Under the pieces are notes generated by a model. That model was not told the origin of the DNA. It did no database searches and saw nothing but the letters and a program-made list of their open reading frames with translations. A stretch of DNA of 64,000 bases from an uncultured virus (IMG/VR IMGVR_UViG_2541047494_000006) (taxonomy: Duplodnaviria; Heunggongvirae; Uroviricota; Caudoviricetes). The position numbers and the translations under genes are program-made. Below are positions 20,701 through 32,025 of the stretch, in pieces (positions within the stretch are counted from its first letter, which is position 1; each line of letters starts with the position of its first letter). The stretch lies in the IMG/VR virus record IMGVR_UViG_2541047494_000006; one strand, written 5' to 3'.

Positions 20701-23700
20701 ATCAGCAAAAATTTTAACTTGTTCAGTCTCAATACCTGATGATTCTAATTTTAATTTTACATCATTTCTTCCTTCAAGTTGTTTAAATGAATTTAAAGTA
20801 TTTCTAAGCTCTTCATTTTTCTTTAACTTAAGTTCAATTTGTTTTGTTGGAGGTGTATTTAATATATCATCTACAAGCTTTTCTGCTTCTTTATCCCTTG
20901 AAAATGCAACACTTTTAGGATTCGGTTTGTCTTTTAAAACCTTTTTAGTAGATTCTTTAGCTTCTTTAACAGGGTCTTTCTTATCTTTATCACCATTTAT
21001 TTCTTTTAATTTTTTTTGAATCCATTCAATAGCACCTGATGCTAAGTCTTTAACCTCTATAGTAAAAATTTTATTTGCTATTTCAGAAGAACTAATAGTC
21101 TCAATATCATCTTTAGCTTTTTCTATTTCGGCAATTATTTCTACTCGTTTATCTGGTGGTAAACTTTCAATAGCTTTGCCTAAAGCATCTATATCTCCAT
21201 CAGATAAGGCTTTGTATATATTTATTCTTACATCCTTATCTAAAGGAATTTTATCCAATGATGTTATTAAATCCTGAACCCCTAATTTACCATCATTTTG
21301 CTTCAAATATATTTCTGTAATTTTCTCATCAGGTATATGTTCTAAAGCATCTTTTAAATTAACAGAATTATACAAAGCCTCTCCCGCTTCTGCTATAAAA
21401 TATGTTTTAAGTTCCGCAGGTACTTTCTTATATATCTCTGATACTTCAACAGCTTTTTCTAGTCCAACTCCATCAGCTTCTAATTTAGTTTTGAGTTCAG
21501 AAGGTACTTCGGCATACTTAGATGTTAAATCTAATATTTTTCTACCACCTTCGTCTGCTCCTTCTTCTTTTATGATAGTTTTTACTTCTTTTGGAAATTT
21601 ATCATAAATTCTTTTTACTGAATCAGCTTCTTCTAATGTTGCAGTTGGATTAGCTTTTATGACTGTGATTACTTCTTCTGGAAGCTCCTCATATCTTTGC
21701 TTTAAACTACTTATTATTTGTTCTGCATTAGCTTGACCTGAATCATTACTTAAAAGTATTTCTGGAGTTATAGTAAACTTACCTTTTCCAAATTTATTAT
21801 CTAAATCATTTTGAAGTTTAGTTATATCTGGGTCACCAGTCTGTAATTCCATTAATACATCCATAGTGAATTTTAATACATCAGTAGAACTTGCCCCTGT
21901 TCCTAATAAAGCATCTATCATGCCTTTAACTTGACTAGGAACTTCTTTAGTATTCTTAATGTCAGTTAATATATTTGCATCAACTTTTACATCTCCAGTT
22001 ATTGTTGTTGTATCTAATATATTCTGAATACTATCAAATTGATTTTGGAGTTGCATTGCAAGTTTATCACCATTTGCTAAATCTAGTTTTGTTTTACCAA
22101 ACTTAGCTAATAATGTATTTATAGATGTCATATCTTTAATTCCATTTGGATTTACTTGCCCAAATAAATTTTCCCATATATTAGCATCTGTGTTAGTTGC
22201 TTTAGCTATACTCTTAGCTGTTTTATCTATTGTTTGATTATATTTTTCTATATCTTGTGTTCTAGCAAATTCTTCATTTGCATCCTTAAGAGTTTTAGAT
22301 AAATCTCCTACATCAACTTTCCCACTTCTAACAGCAGTAAGCAATTTGTTGACTGCCTGTTCTGTGTCTACTAGAGTATCTGGTGTAACTTCACTAAAAT
22401 CAAATAAACTTTCAAGTCCAGCAAAACTAGACTTATCATTGCCTTCTAATCCACTATAAAGAGTTTTATTCTTAATGTTAGAAAATATTCCATCTCCTAT
22501 TTCTTTTGAATACCCTTGAATTTTATCTACTTGATTTCTATACATTTCATCATATTTGAAATATATTTTTTCTTCTTCTGCTTTAGCTGACATTAATTCA
22601 TTTCTGGCTTTATCTCTTGCTCTACCAGTTGAATTATTATATTTCTCGATTGCTTTTTCTTGTCTTTTTTTATTCTTTTCAACTTCTGCTGTATAATCTT
22701 CTTCTATTTTTACAAGCTTACCAGTTTCACTTTCTCTCATTCTTTCTTCTAAAGTTTTATTTACATCTTTACTTGGAGAATTTAATTTTTTAGCAGCAGT
22801 TTTCGCATTATCATGTTTATCATAGGACATCAATCTTTCTTTTGCATTAATAGCTCTATCTATTTCAGCAATTAAATCAGTAACCTGACCTTTTAAAATA
22901 GGTATACCATTTTCATCTGTTCCTATAACTGCATCTGGTTTTATTTTTGCAATCTGTTGTTTTAGTTCATTTAATCTATTATTATCTTCTTTAGACTTAT
23001 TTTCTTTTTTAGATAAATTATCATATTCTTCTGCAAGTGCTTGTAATTGAACTTTTTGGCTTTCATATGAATTAATTTGTTGTTTTGAAGCTTGAATATT
23101 TTTCTTTCTAGCTTGATAAGCATTTTCTTCTCTATTTGCATAATTCTCCATAGCTTGTGCTAATAGACTTACACCTGCAAATGCAGCAGTTAAAACTAAA
23201 GAATTTCCAACTGTAGTTGCTATACCTTTACCAAAATTTACAATGCTACTCCCTGCAAATGCCTTACCAATATTACCAAGCCCATCACTTATTGTATCTT
23301 TTCTACTTTTAGAAACAACTTTTAATTTTTGATTATATTTTTCATATGACTTTGTTCTGTCTTCATTTATTTTTATTTCTTTAGCTGTTGCCTTTTTTAA
23401 ACTGTTGGTTGTTGATGTATATTTTCCTACAATGCCATTTTGACTATTTATAGTTCTATTAACAACTTGATTTGATTTAGCATTGTTTTTTGAAGCATTA
23501 GTATTTTTATTTATAGCACTTGTATATTGATTAGTAAATTTTGTAGCTCTTTCAAAGTCTTTAAATTTAACAGATTTTCTATTGTTTTGAAAGGCACTAA
23601 ATATACTTCCTCCTAAATTCGTGATTGGTTTACCAGTACCTAATGCTTTAATTGTCATAAATAAAGACGATAAACCTGCTAGGGCTACAGGAAGCGAAAC

Positions 23701-26142
23701 ATGCATTTTGTCAGCCGCTTTAGTTATACCATTTAAAATTCCTGTAATACCAGATAATCCATCTAAACTAGTCTTAAACATATCTGTAGATATAGTATCT
23801 GTAACTAATTGTTTAAGACTTTCTTTTAATTTTATAATCTTACCTTCTGCTGAATTTATGAATCTCTCATTCTCTTTACTGGCACTACCTAGCACTTCTC
23901 CACCCAGCCATGCACTTTGGAATTTTTTTACCTGGTTCCAATTATCCATGACAGCCATGAAAGTATTTATGTGGTTTTTACCTGAACAAAATCTTCAATT
24001 AAGTTCGCTATACTTAACTCGTTCTCTTATGAACTGCTATATGTTTCCATATAGATGAGACTATATCTTCATCCTATAAGGATGCTCCCCATTTCCACTA
24101 TCAATAGCTTATAGTGTACGGTTTATAACCTAGTCGTTGAACCTTACTCTCATTGAGTTTTGGCTGCTGATTGTCCCTATCTTTTAGTTTTTCACACTTT
24201 GGTACTAAAAGCCTAACGGGAGTTTCCAGCAATTAAAGGAGTTTATCATTATATATTACTATATAAGGCGACTAAAATTAATCGCTTCGGCAATACCACT
24301 TTTTTGATTTTTAGTTAAGGCATCTTCGCCAACACTATGCCACTTTTCTGCCAACTCATCTAAAATTGACATCATATCTCTTACTTGGCCAGTTTGCTTA
24401 TCTAACACATTTATTTTTGCTGTTTCTTGTAAAGTTTTTGCTGTTTTATTGAGGCTGATTTTTCCTGAATCTGCTGAAGCTTTGATACCACTCATGTTTA
24501 TACCAATTGTTTTGAGTGCTGTACCTACTTTTTCAGCATTTTGTACAGATTCATTTCCTCCAACTATCAAAGCAACAGAGTCTTCCATTGAAACGCCTGC
24601 TGATGATAACATACTTGCACTTCTTTGTAATGCAGCTCCTACATCGCCAGTTGTTATTGCAAAATTATTACCTGCATAGTTCGATAAATCAAGAAATTTT
24701 GTAAGATTATCATAATCTTTACTCATTCCTTTGATTTGAACTCTAGTATCTTTAATTGGTTTTAATGCTTTTGTCATTCCACCATAAGCGGACATAACAC
24801 TAGTTAAGTACTTATCAGCAGTTTCTTGGTCTAAATCACCAACATTTGCAAAAACTGCTGATTGTTTAGCTATCTTCAAACTGTCTGATACCGATTTTAC
24901 ACCAGTTTGTAGAGCTTTAGATGCCCCCTGAATTATATCCTCTGATGCTCTAGCTGTATCTTTCCCTATTGATATTGCTTCATTTTTTACATTCTTTAAT
25001 TGCTCACTTGTACCTTCAAAATTATCAGGTGCTACTTTCATCATATCTCTTAAAGCACTATCTAATTCAACGATAGTTGTTTTAATATTTCTTACACCAT
25101 TTGTAATAGACATACCTATCATATTACCTAAAGTATAAGTTCTCATCGAATTATATAGGTCACTAAAAAATCCATTTGTTGCTTTTACACTAGTTCCTAA
25201 TCCTGTGAAATTAGATTTCATATTGCTTAATCTGCTTTTTATTGAATCTAATTCCTTTACTTTTTGACCTAGAGGCATACCATTTAATTGCATTAATTCT
25301 TTTTCTAGTTTATCAATTCCAGCAGTTGATTGACCCAATTCTAAACATTTTTGTCTAAGCCTATTTAAATCTGAAATTACTTTGGAAAGATTCATATTGA
25401 ACTTAGCATCTAATTTAGTATTTTTAGTAGCATTTTCTACTTCTTTAACTTTATTTTTTAATTGTTCTAGTTTTTGTATTTCTGATTGTATTTGATTAGA
25501 AGTTAGATTTTTAAGATTCAAATTTTGAATTGACTTTAATGAATTTGATAAAGCTTGTAGTTTAGATGTATCTGCATATCCAGACTTACCCAATGTTTCT
25601 ATTTTATTAGCTAATTTTCCAGCTTCATTTTGAAGAGTTTTAAATTGAGAAGCCATTTTTGTATTCATATCTGGTATTTTCATATTAGCCAACTTAGACT
25701 GAACATTTGATAAATCTGATAGAGCCTTTGAATTTAGACCACCTAATTTAATATTAGATAATCTTTTCAATTCTCCTGATAATTTGTTAATTTCTCCTAT
25801 TTGCTTATTGTCTAAAATATTTGTCTGAGTAAATTTCTTTAATTGTCTTTGAGTAGACTCTATTTTTTTCCTAAAGTTATCGTATTGAGAAGTTAATTTA
25901 TTTATATTCCCATTTGAATTACCTTTTCCACCAAATAATCCATTTTGGGTTTCTCTACTAAGTTTATTAATTTGTTTTAATGTGTTCTCTAATTGCTTTA
26001 AATTATTTAATGAGGATGCATTCATCTCCACATTTAACTTTATATTATTTTCTTTTGCAGATGTCTTCAGTGATGCTAATTGTTTCCTAGCTTTTTTATC
26101 ATCAAGCTCTATACTGGTCTTAATCTTAAATTCTTCTGCCAT
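17746..26142 (-). CDS. Tape measure protein, two exons (26142..24281 and 23986..17746), 2700 aa after splicing
   Basis: TP901-like TMP core in the upstream ORF; both ORFs are in frame and splicing gives ...GIAEAI-SGKNHINTFMAVMDNW. Confidence 0.9.
23987..24280 (-). ncRNA. Group I self-splicing intron without ORF, 294 nt
   Basis: P AAUUGCUGGAAA (24234..24223), Q AAUCAGCAG (24172..24164), R GUUCAACGACUA (24142..24131), S AAGAUAUAGUC (24069..24059); P1 GCGAU^U/AGUCGC with U-G at the 5' splice site; terminal omega-G at 23987. Confidence 0.93.
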
Positions 26143-26200
26143 TTAACCAACTCCTTTTTAAAGCATAAAAAAAGACAGTTAATATACTGTCTTAATATTT

Positions 26201-26911
26201 TTATTTAATTTTCTCTAATAATACTTTTTTCTTTTCATTAAATTCTTCTTCTGTTAATATCTCTTGGTCTTTCAAACTCTGTAATTCTTTTAATGAATTT
26301 GAAATTTTTGATATATCATCATCATCTTTTTTTATATCATTATTGCTTTCTATTTTAGCATTTTTAAATTTGGCTGCTTCATTCTCTACAACTAATTTAA
26401 ATCTTTCCATTTCTTTTATTTTTTCTTGAATATCTGCATTATTTATATTTTTATATTGTGGAATATAAAATACTTCATAAGTATTAAGTTCAAATATCAA
26501 AGTTAAATATATTTTTTCTACAAAAGTATATTTATCATATGTAGGAACTATAGATATTATCCTCATCTGATTTTTTTCACTAACTTGCATGCTAAACTTA
26601 ATGCTTACTAAATCTTCTATATTTTTTTTAACTGCTGTCTTAAATCCAGCATGAATGATAGATATTTTACCATTATTGCTTAATATCACACTGTCACTGT
26701 TTGAATTACCAAAAGCTTGACATTTAGCCATTGAAATATTTTTTTGTATAGCCTTTTCCACCTTTGTTTTTTCTCTATTTCTTTCTGCTATTCTTTCTAA
26801 TCTAGCTTCTTTTTCTTTAGCATTATCCATTACGTTTCTTATAAAGCAATAAACAATAATATATCCTACACCTAGCCCTATTAAAATAAAATGACCTAAA
26901 TATTCTTCCAT
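26201..26911 (-). CDS. Membrane-anchored protein with C-terminal SHOCT domain
   Basis: N-terminal TM helix; LKELQSLKDQEILTEEEFNEKKKVLL. Confidence 0.75.
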   Translation of the reverse strand: MEEYLGHFILIGLGVGYIIVYCFIRNVMDNAKEKEARLERIAERNREKTKVEKAIQKNISMAKCQAFGNSNSDSVILSNNGKISIIHAGFKTAVKKNIEDLVSIKFSMQVSEKNQMRIISIVPTYDKYTFVEKIYLTLIFELNTYEVFYIPQYKNINNADIQEKIKEMERFKLVVENEAAKFKNAKIESNNDIKKDDDDISKISNSLKELQSLKDQEILTEEEFNEKKKVLLEKIK

Positions 26912-26970
26912 AACATCTCCCCCTATCCTGATACTTCAATTATATCAAGAATATACTATTAGGAAAATTA

Positions 26971-28227
26971 TTACAATTCGACATTATTTTCTTTTAATTT
27001 TTTCTTTAATACTATAGTAGTTATTGGTTCATCATAATTCCAATAAATTAATTTAACATTATTTTCATCACATAGCCTTTTCTTTTTTTTATCTCTTAAT
27101 TTATTTTTTTCAAGAGTTTCTTCCCCTCCAAAAAAATCTACACTCTTAAAATGTTGTTGTCCTTGATACTCAAAAGCCAAATTAATAGAGGGAACAAATA
27201 CATCTAAAGTTTGACCATTTAACCACTCAGGTCTATATTGATGTGTTGCATCTTTAAACTTTTTACAAATTACTTTAAACATATTAATCTCACTTTTCCA
27301 TTTATAAGCCATTTCATCATTTAAAATCATTTTTTTCTGGATAAGCGCTTTTTCTTCTAAATAATTTATTTTTTCTAATGATGATGTATCAATTTTCTCA
27401 TACTTATTTTGCATTGGAGTCATTATTTTCCCTCTTAAAAAATACACTAGTTCAAATTCATTATCAAAATACCCTTTTTCCATTATTTTGTTTATTACAT
27501 TTCTAGCATGAAGTATTTCTATTGGGTCATTATCAGACCTAGAAATATCTCCTAAAAAATGTGTTAAATTATTTGGTTTTGGATAACAAACCTTTTTACC
27601 CTCAAACAAACATAGATTTTCTATAAATTTTATATCTGTATCATAAATTTTATAACCTGAAAACCCATGTTGCATATAGCTAGAAATAAGTTTCAACATT
27701 AATGCTATTTCTTTTTTTTGTTCTTTTTTAAACACAACTTTGTGATTTACACTTTTGTCATCTTCAAATATATTAGGAAGTATTATATGTTTATAAGCAC
27801 TATTGGCTAACTCACAAGCTATATAATATTTTTCTTTAGAGCAACTGCTAAAAAACATTGTATATGTATCTTTTTCTTTATATTCATCTCTTATTTCTTC
27901 TGATATGCTATCAAATAAATTGTTTATTTCCTTAAATCCATCCCTATATTTTAACTTATCCAAATCTCTTCCAGTTTTCATCATACATGAGATTTCTTCG
28001 TCCCAAGTTGTTAACAACAAATATTCTAAATCTCTATTAATAAATTCTTGTTTTATTTCTTCAAGCTTTTTGAAATATAATTTACTTTTTTTCCCACATC
28101 TATTATCTTTAATATATTCACTTATTAACATAACATTATCTCCTTTATTCTGATACATTAATTGTATCAATTCTAAAGGAAAATTTATACTACAAAAGGA
28201 AATAGAAGCCAAAACTCCTATTTCCAC
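26971..28227 (-). CDS. Protein with C-terminal DUF559/Vsr-like (PD-(D/E)xK fold) endonuclease domain
   Basis: SE...LDVFVPSINLAFEYQGQQHF...RDKKKKRLC...LIYW motif; true start probably near 28131 (MLISEY). Confidence 0.7.
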   Translation of the reverse strand: MEIGVLASISFCSINFPLELIQLMYQNKGDNVMLISEYIKDNRCGKKSKLYFKKLEEIKQEFINRDLEYLLLTTWDEEISCMMKTGRDLDKLKYRDGFKEINNLFDSISEEIRDEYKEKDTYTMFFSSCSKEKYYIACELANSAYKHIILPNIFEDDKSVNHKVVFKKEQKKEIALMLKLISSYMQHGFSGYKIYDTDIKFIENLCLFEGKKVCYPKPNNLTHFLGDISRSDNDPIEILHARNVINKIMEKGYFDNEFELVYFLRGKIMTPMQNKYEKIDTSSLEKINYLEEKALIQKKMILNDEMAYKWKSEINMFKVICKKFKDATHQYRPEWLNGQTLDVFVPSINLAFEYQGQQHFKSVDFFGGEETLEKNKLRDKKKKRLCDENNVKLIYWNYDEPITTIVLKKKLKENNVEL

Positions 28228-28231
28228 AAAA

Positions 28232-29308
28232 TCATTTACTCAAATATTTATTAATATCTTCTTTACTAGCTTCTTCTATGTAATCTATCATACAGATTGG
28301 AATATCCCTACTGCTAGAAACATCTCCTATTTTTTCTACTCTTATTTTCTCATTTCTTACACTCTTTAATATACCAATAAATCCATAGTACTCATGGTCA
28401 TATATAGCATATGTTTTACCTATCTCAACCATAACTCCTCTTATGTAATCATTATTTATCATGAATCTCTTAAGTACTTTGTTATTCTCTTTCAATATCT
28501 TATTTACAAAATATATTTGTCCTTTTCCAGTTACAACAGGAGTTTGTCTTATTACAGTATTTCCATCTTTATCTATCCCAGTACTCTCAGAAACCTCTAA
28601 TACTTTCAAATCCATTGACTTTTGAGTTGGAGTATTATGGTCAGCTCTTTTCTTCCTAATTAGATATTCATTATTTCTCATCCACTCAAACAATCTATTC
28701 TGCCCTATATCTACTCCATTCTGATTTAATATCTTAGATAGTTGAGCAATTAGTATTGAGCTTGATGAACTTTCTATAGCATTAGCTAGTTCAAGTTTAG
28801 GTTTATTTTTCTCTTGCTCTACTCTTAATTTTTCTTTAGTAGCTCTCTCTTTCTTTAGCTCTGTGAGTAGTTGTATTGTCCAATCTGGGTCATTGATTGC
28901 CTTCTCTAGTGCTTCATTAGTCATATAAGCTCCATGTTTCCTTATTGTGGGTAATACTTCATTTGTCACCCATTTTTTGAATGGTCTACATTTTGCTGTT
29001 TTAGCTTCTAGCATAAAATCGTATAGTTGAGGCTCAGTTAAATATTTTGTACCACTGCGGTCCAATGGCTTAATTTCAGCCTTTTCAATAACATTATCAA
29101 TTCTATCTCTTCTTATTTGAAGATATCTCTTACCACCACTTGGATTATTTCTAGTATAACCAAGTGCAGCTCCAGTAGAATATAATTCAAACAATAACTC
29201 TCCATTTAATTCAATTATTTCTACATCCATACCTTCAAACTTCTTACTTAATTCAGATTCCTCAAAACTCATTATTTCGTTTACATTTTCTCTATTAATT
29301 ATTCCCAT
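28232..29308 (-). CDS. Phage antirepressor (BRO-N + ANT/KilAC domains)
   Basis: FKKWVTNEVLPTIRKHGAY and IGQNRLFEWMR...VTGKGQIYFVNK motifs. Confidence 0.9.
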   Translation of the reverse strand: MGIINRENVNEIMSFEESELSKKFEGMDVEIIELNGELLFELYSTGAALGYTRNNPSGGKRYLQIRRDRIDNVIEKAEIKPLDRSGTKYLTEPQLYDFMLEAKTAKCRPFKKWVTNEVLPTIRKHGAYMTNEALEKAINDPDWTIQLLTELKKERATKEKLRVEQEKNKPKLELANAIESSSSSILIAQLSKILNQNGVDIGQNRLFEWMRNNEYLIRKKRADHNTPTQKSMDLKVLEVSESTGIDKDGNTVIRQTPVVTGKGQIYFVNKILKENNKVLKRFMINNDYIRGVMVEIGKTYAIYDHEYYGFIGILKSVRNEKIRVEKIGDVSSSRDIPICMIDYIEEASKEDINKYLSK

Positions 29309-29364
29309 AATTAATACCTCCTTATAAGTTGTATTTTTTATAAGGAATGGTATATAATATCATT

Positions 29365-29425
29365 AGGGTGAATTATATACCATAAGGGGTTATTCAAACT
29401 TGGTCGGGCGAATAACCCCTTTTCT
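29365..29425 (+). ncRNA. Putative small RNA antisense to the antirepressor leader
   Basis: TTGTAT-N18-TATAAT (29329-29358) followed by hairpin AGGGGTTATTC..GAATAACCCCT and a T-run. Confidence 0.45.
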
Positions 29426-29430
29426 TATCC

Positions 29431-29607
29431 TTATTTTTCTAGCTCATCATAAACTTTTTTGATACCCAATCTAACTACATCTGCCTTAGTAAGTTTTAAC
29501 TCTTTACAGCAATGATTAAGTATCTCAAGTTCATCATCTGACATCCTAATTCTATATTCATTTTTTTTAGGATTATCAGATGGAGGTCTCCCTGTTCTTG
29601 GTGTCAT
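29431..29607 (-). CDS. Ribbon-helix-helix (Arc/CopG-like) regulator, 58 aa (not in ORF track)
   Basis: MTPRTGRPPSDNPKKNEYRIRMSDDELEILNHCCKELKLTKADVVRLGIKKVYDELEK*; SD AGGAGG. Confidence 0.85.
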   Translation of the reverse strand: MTPRTGRPPSDNPKKNEYRIRMSDDELEILNHCCKELKLTKADVVRLGIKKVYDELEK

Positions 29608-29909
29608 TCCAAACCTCCTGACTTATTGGTGATACATTTATTATATTATTGGTGACACAAAAAGTCAATATGCTATTTAATTTTTTGTAATATGCTCAAT
29701 ATCACCTTAATTTAATTATATATCATAAGGGGCTATTCAAACTTGATAGGGGAGAATAGCCCCTTTTCCTATCCTTATTTATTTTTATAACGTTTAGTAT
29801 TTTATAATACTTATTGTTATATTTATATTATATTGCCAACATTTTGTTATGTCAAGTATATATTTTATAACTTTTTGTGTTATAATATATGTATAGGAGG
29901 TCTTAGAAC

Positions 29910-30359
29910 ATGATTGGAGAAAAATTAAAACACCTTAGAATTAAAAATAACTTAAAGCAATCCGATTTGGCAAGAATATTAGATGTAACACAAGGAGCTG
30001 TAGGTATGTATGAAAATGATAAAAGAACTCCATCTCCAGAATTGATAGTTAAACTAGCTGAATACTTTAATGTCACTACAGATTATCTTTTAGGTCATAC
30101 AAAAACCAACTATTCAGTCAGTGCAAATATACCTGGTATGCCATCAATCATATGCGAAGATACTTCCATCTATGATATAGTTGATGAAAAAAAAGACATT
30201 AAGTCTTTAGAAGATATAAATAAATTCTTAGAAAATAATAATTATAATGACGAAGTCAAAGAAGTTCTTAAAAAATATATACAACTAGATGAAATGGATA
30301 GAAAAGCTATAGATAGAATGATAGATAATGCATATGAGAGACTAAAAGAGGATAATTAA
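29910..30359 (+). CDS. XRE-family HTH repressor (CI-like)
   Basis: LKQSDLARILDVTQGAVGMYENDKRTP HTH; divergent from the RHH-antirepressor operon. Confidence 0.85.
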   Translation: MIGEKLKHLRIKNNLKQSDLARILDVTQGAVGMYENDKRTPSPELIVKLAEYFNVTTDYLLGHTKTNYSVSANIPGMPSIICEDTSIYDIVDEKKDIKSLEDINKFLENNNYNDEVKEVLKKYIQLDEMDRKAIDRMIDNAYERLKEDN

Positions 30360-30494
30360 TATATACCTCTTTTTTAAAATTATGATTGTCATATACCTGT
30401 CACTATTGAAATCGCTAATATACAAATCACTCAATTAAAAAAGACAATCAACTGACTGCCTTTTATTTATATATAATAATTTTTACTTATCTGA

Positions 30495-31581
30495 TTAATT
30501 CTCTTCATCTGAATATTCTACTTGAAGACCATATATAGCTACATATGCTCTAAAGTCAAATATTTCATTTTTAAATTTTTCCAAATCATCTTGAGAATTA
30601 GATTTTTTATATGCCTTAGCATATTTAACCATATTGTCATAGGAAGTCTTAGCTGCTGAAAAATGGTCTAATGCTTTACTAACTCTTTCATCATTTTTAA
30701 ACTTTCCTTTATTATTTTCTATATAACTTACATCAATATTTTTATCTGAATAGAAGTCAGGAACAATCTTTTTAACTTTTTCATAAAGATTTTCATCTAA
30801 AGGGTCTATATCTTTAGGAATAGAATCTGAAATAATCTCATACTCTTTCATTGCTTTTTCAATGTTCATCATCATGGTTTCTGAAGTAGACTTAGCCTTG
30901 TTTAATTCACTATTTGATTTTATTGAATTCTCTAAAGCTCTATAATTTGATAGAAATTCATCTGTTTTAGTGTTATTACTAGCAGAATAATCTACATAAC
31001 TCCCACTTGGCTCAGTTGCAAAACTATGAAAATCTGTATATGAATTATAGAATTTTTCTATTGTACTTAAAATATCATTTAAATCCTCACTACCTTCAGG
31101 AACAGATTTCAATTTACTATATATTTTTAGAAGTTCATCATCATATTTTTTTGACTTCTCTATTTCATCACTTTTATCCAACATTGCAGCGAAAATAGCA
31201 GCATCAATATTAGAACCATGTTTCTTTTCATAAATATTTTCTTTCCAATAAGTTTGAATAGTGTCAGCAATATCTTCTAAATTAGCACCTGCTACATAAC
31301 TTTTTTCTTGAAAATCTTTAATAGTCATTATGTATTTCGCCCTAGCTTCTTGTTGTTTTTTTTCCTTGATATTGATACTGGTGAAAATCCCCACTATGAC
31401 CATCAATATTATACCAGCAATTTTTATTTATTGATGCTTTTTTACTTATTACAGTCTTTTCATCTACCTTCTTACCACACTTAGAACAAAAAAGTTGTCC
31501 TTCTAATAACTTTTCTCCACATGATATACAAAATTTAGTACTATCATTTTCCTGTGATACTTTGTTTTCATCTTCACTCAT
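30495..31581 (-). pseudogene. Frameshifted zinc-ribbon membrane protein
   Basis: The zinc ribbon (CxxC..CxxC, 31581..~31430) and the TM plus extracellular domain are in different frames; one extra A in AATAAAAATT (~31421-31425) separates them. Confidence 0.7.
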
Positions 31582-31865
31582 ATAAATTACCCCCTATAAT
31601 ATCTGTCATAAGCTTACAGTAGCTTTACTGTCCCTCAAAGCTTATTCTACTAACACTATAATTATAGCAGGAAACATGTAGAATTACCTCCACTAATTGT
31701 ATATATTTGTAAAATAAAGAATTATATGTAAAAATCTTTTAAATGTATACTTATCATGCCTCTGTCATCATTTAATTATAACAAAAAAAAGCCTACTTTA
31801 AATAGACTTTATCTTTTATATCAAAATATAATTTATCTAGTTTTTAAATATTTATAAATTTTAAA

Positions 31866-31980
31866 CTTAAGGCTAGTTAGGAGCTATGGAATATCATATT
31901 AATCCTTAATAATAATCAATTCACATGAAAAACCATTCCAGCAAATCATTAACTCGCAAGTAATAGCTCCTCAATCCTTA
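31866..31980 (-). ncRNA. Putative DUF3800-associated structured RNA
   Basis: TTGACT-N17-TATAAT promoter (32014..31986); nested stems TAAGG/CCTTA, AGGAGCTAT/ATAGCTCCT, TGGAAT/ATTCCA; terminator at ~31811..31782. Confidence 0.65.
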
Positions 31981-32025
31981 CTATAATTATAATATATATA
32001 TTATAATTAGTCAATATTCCTACAA

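Noticed and set aside
23987..24280. IStron (intron-IS chimera) or intron-encoded endonuclease
   Set aside because: Only 294 nt, with no transposase, TnpB or endonuclease ORF
17746..26142. TMP as two genes or a pseudogene
   Set aside because: The gap is fully explained by a group I intron whose removal restores the frame and a continuous TMP motif
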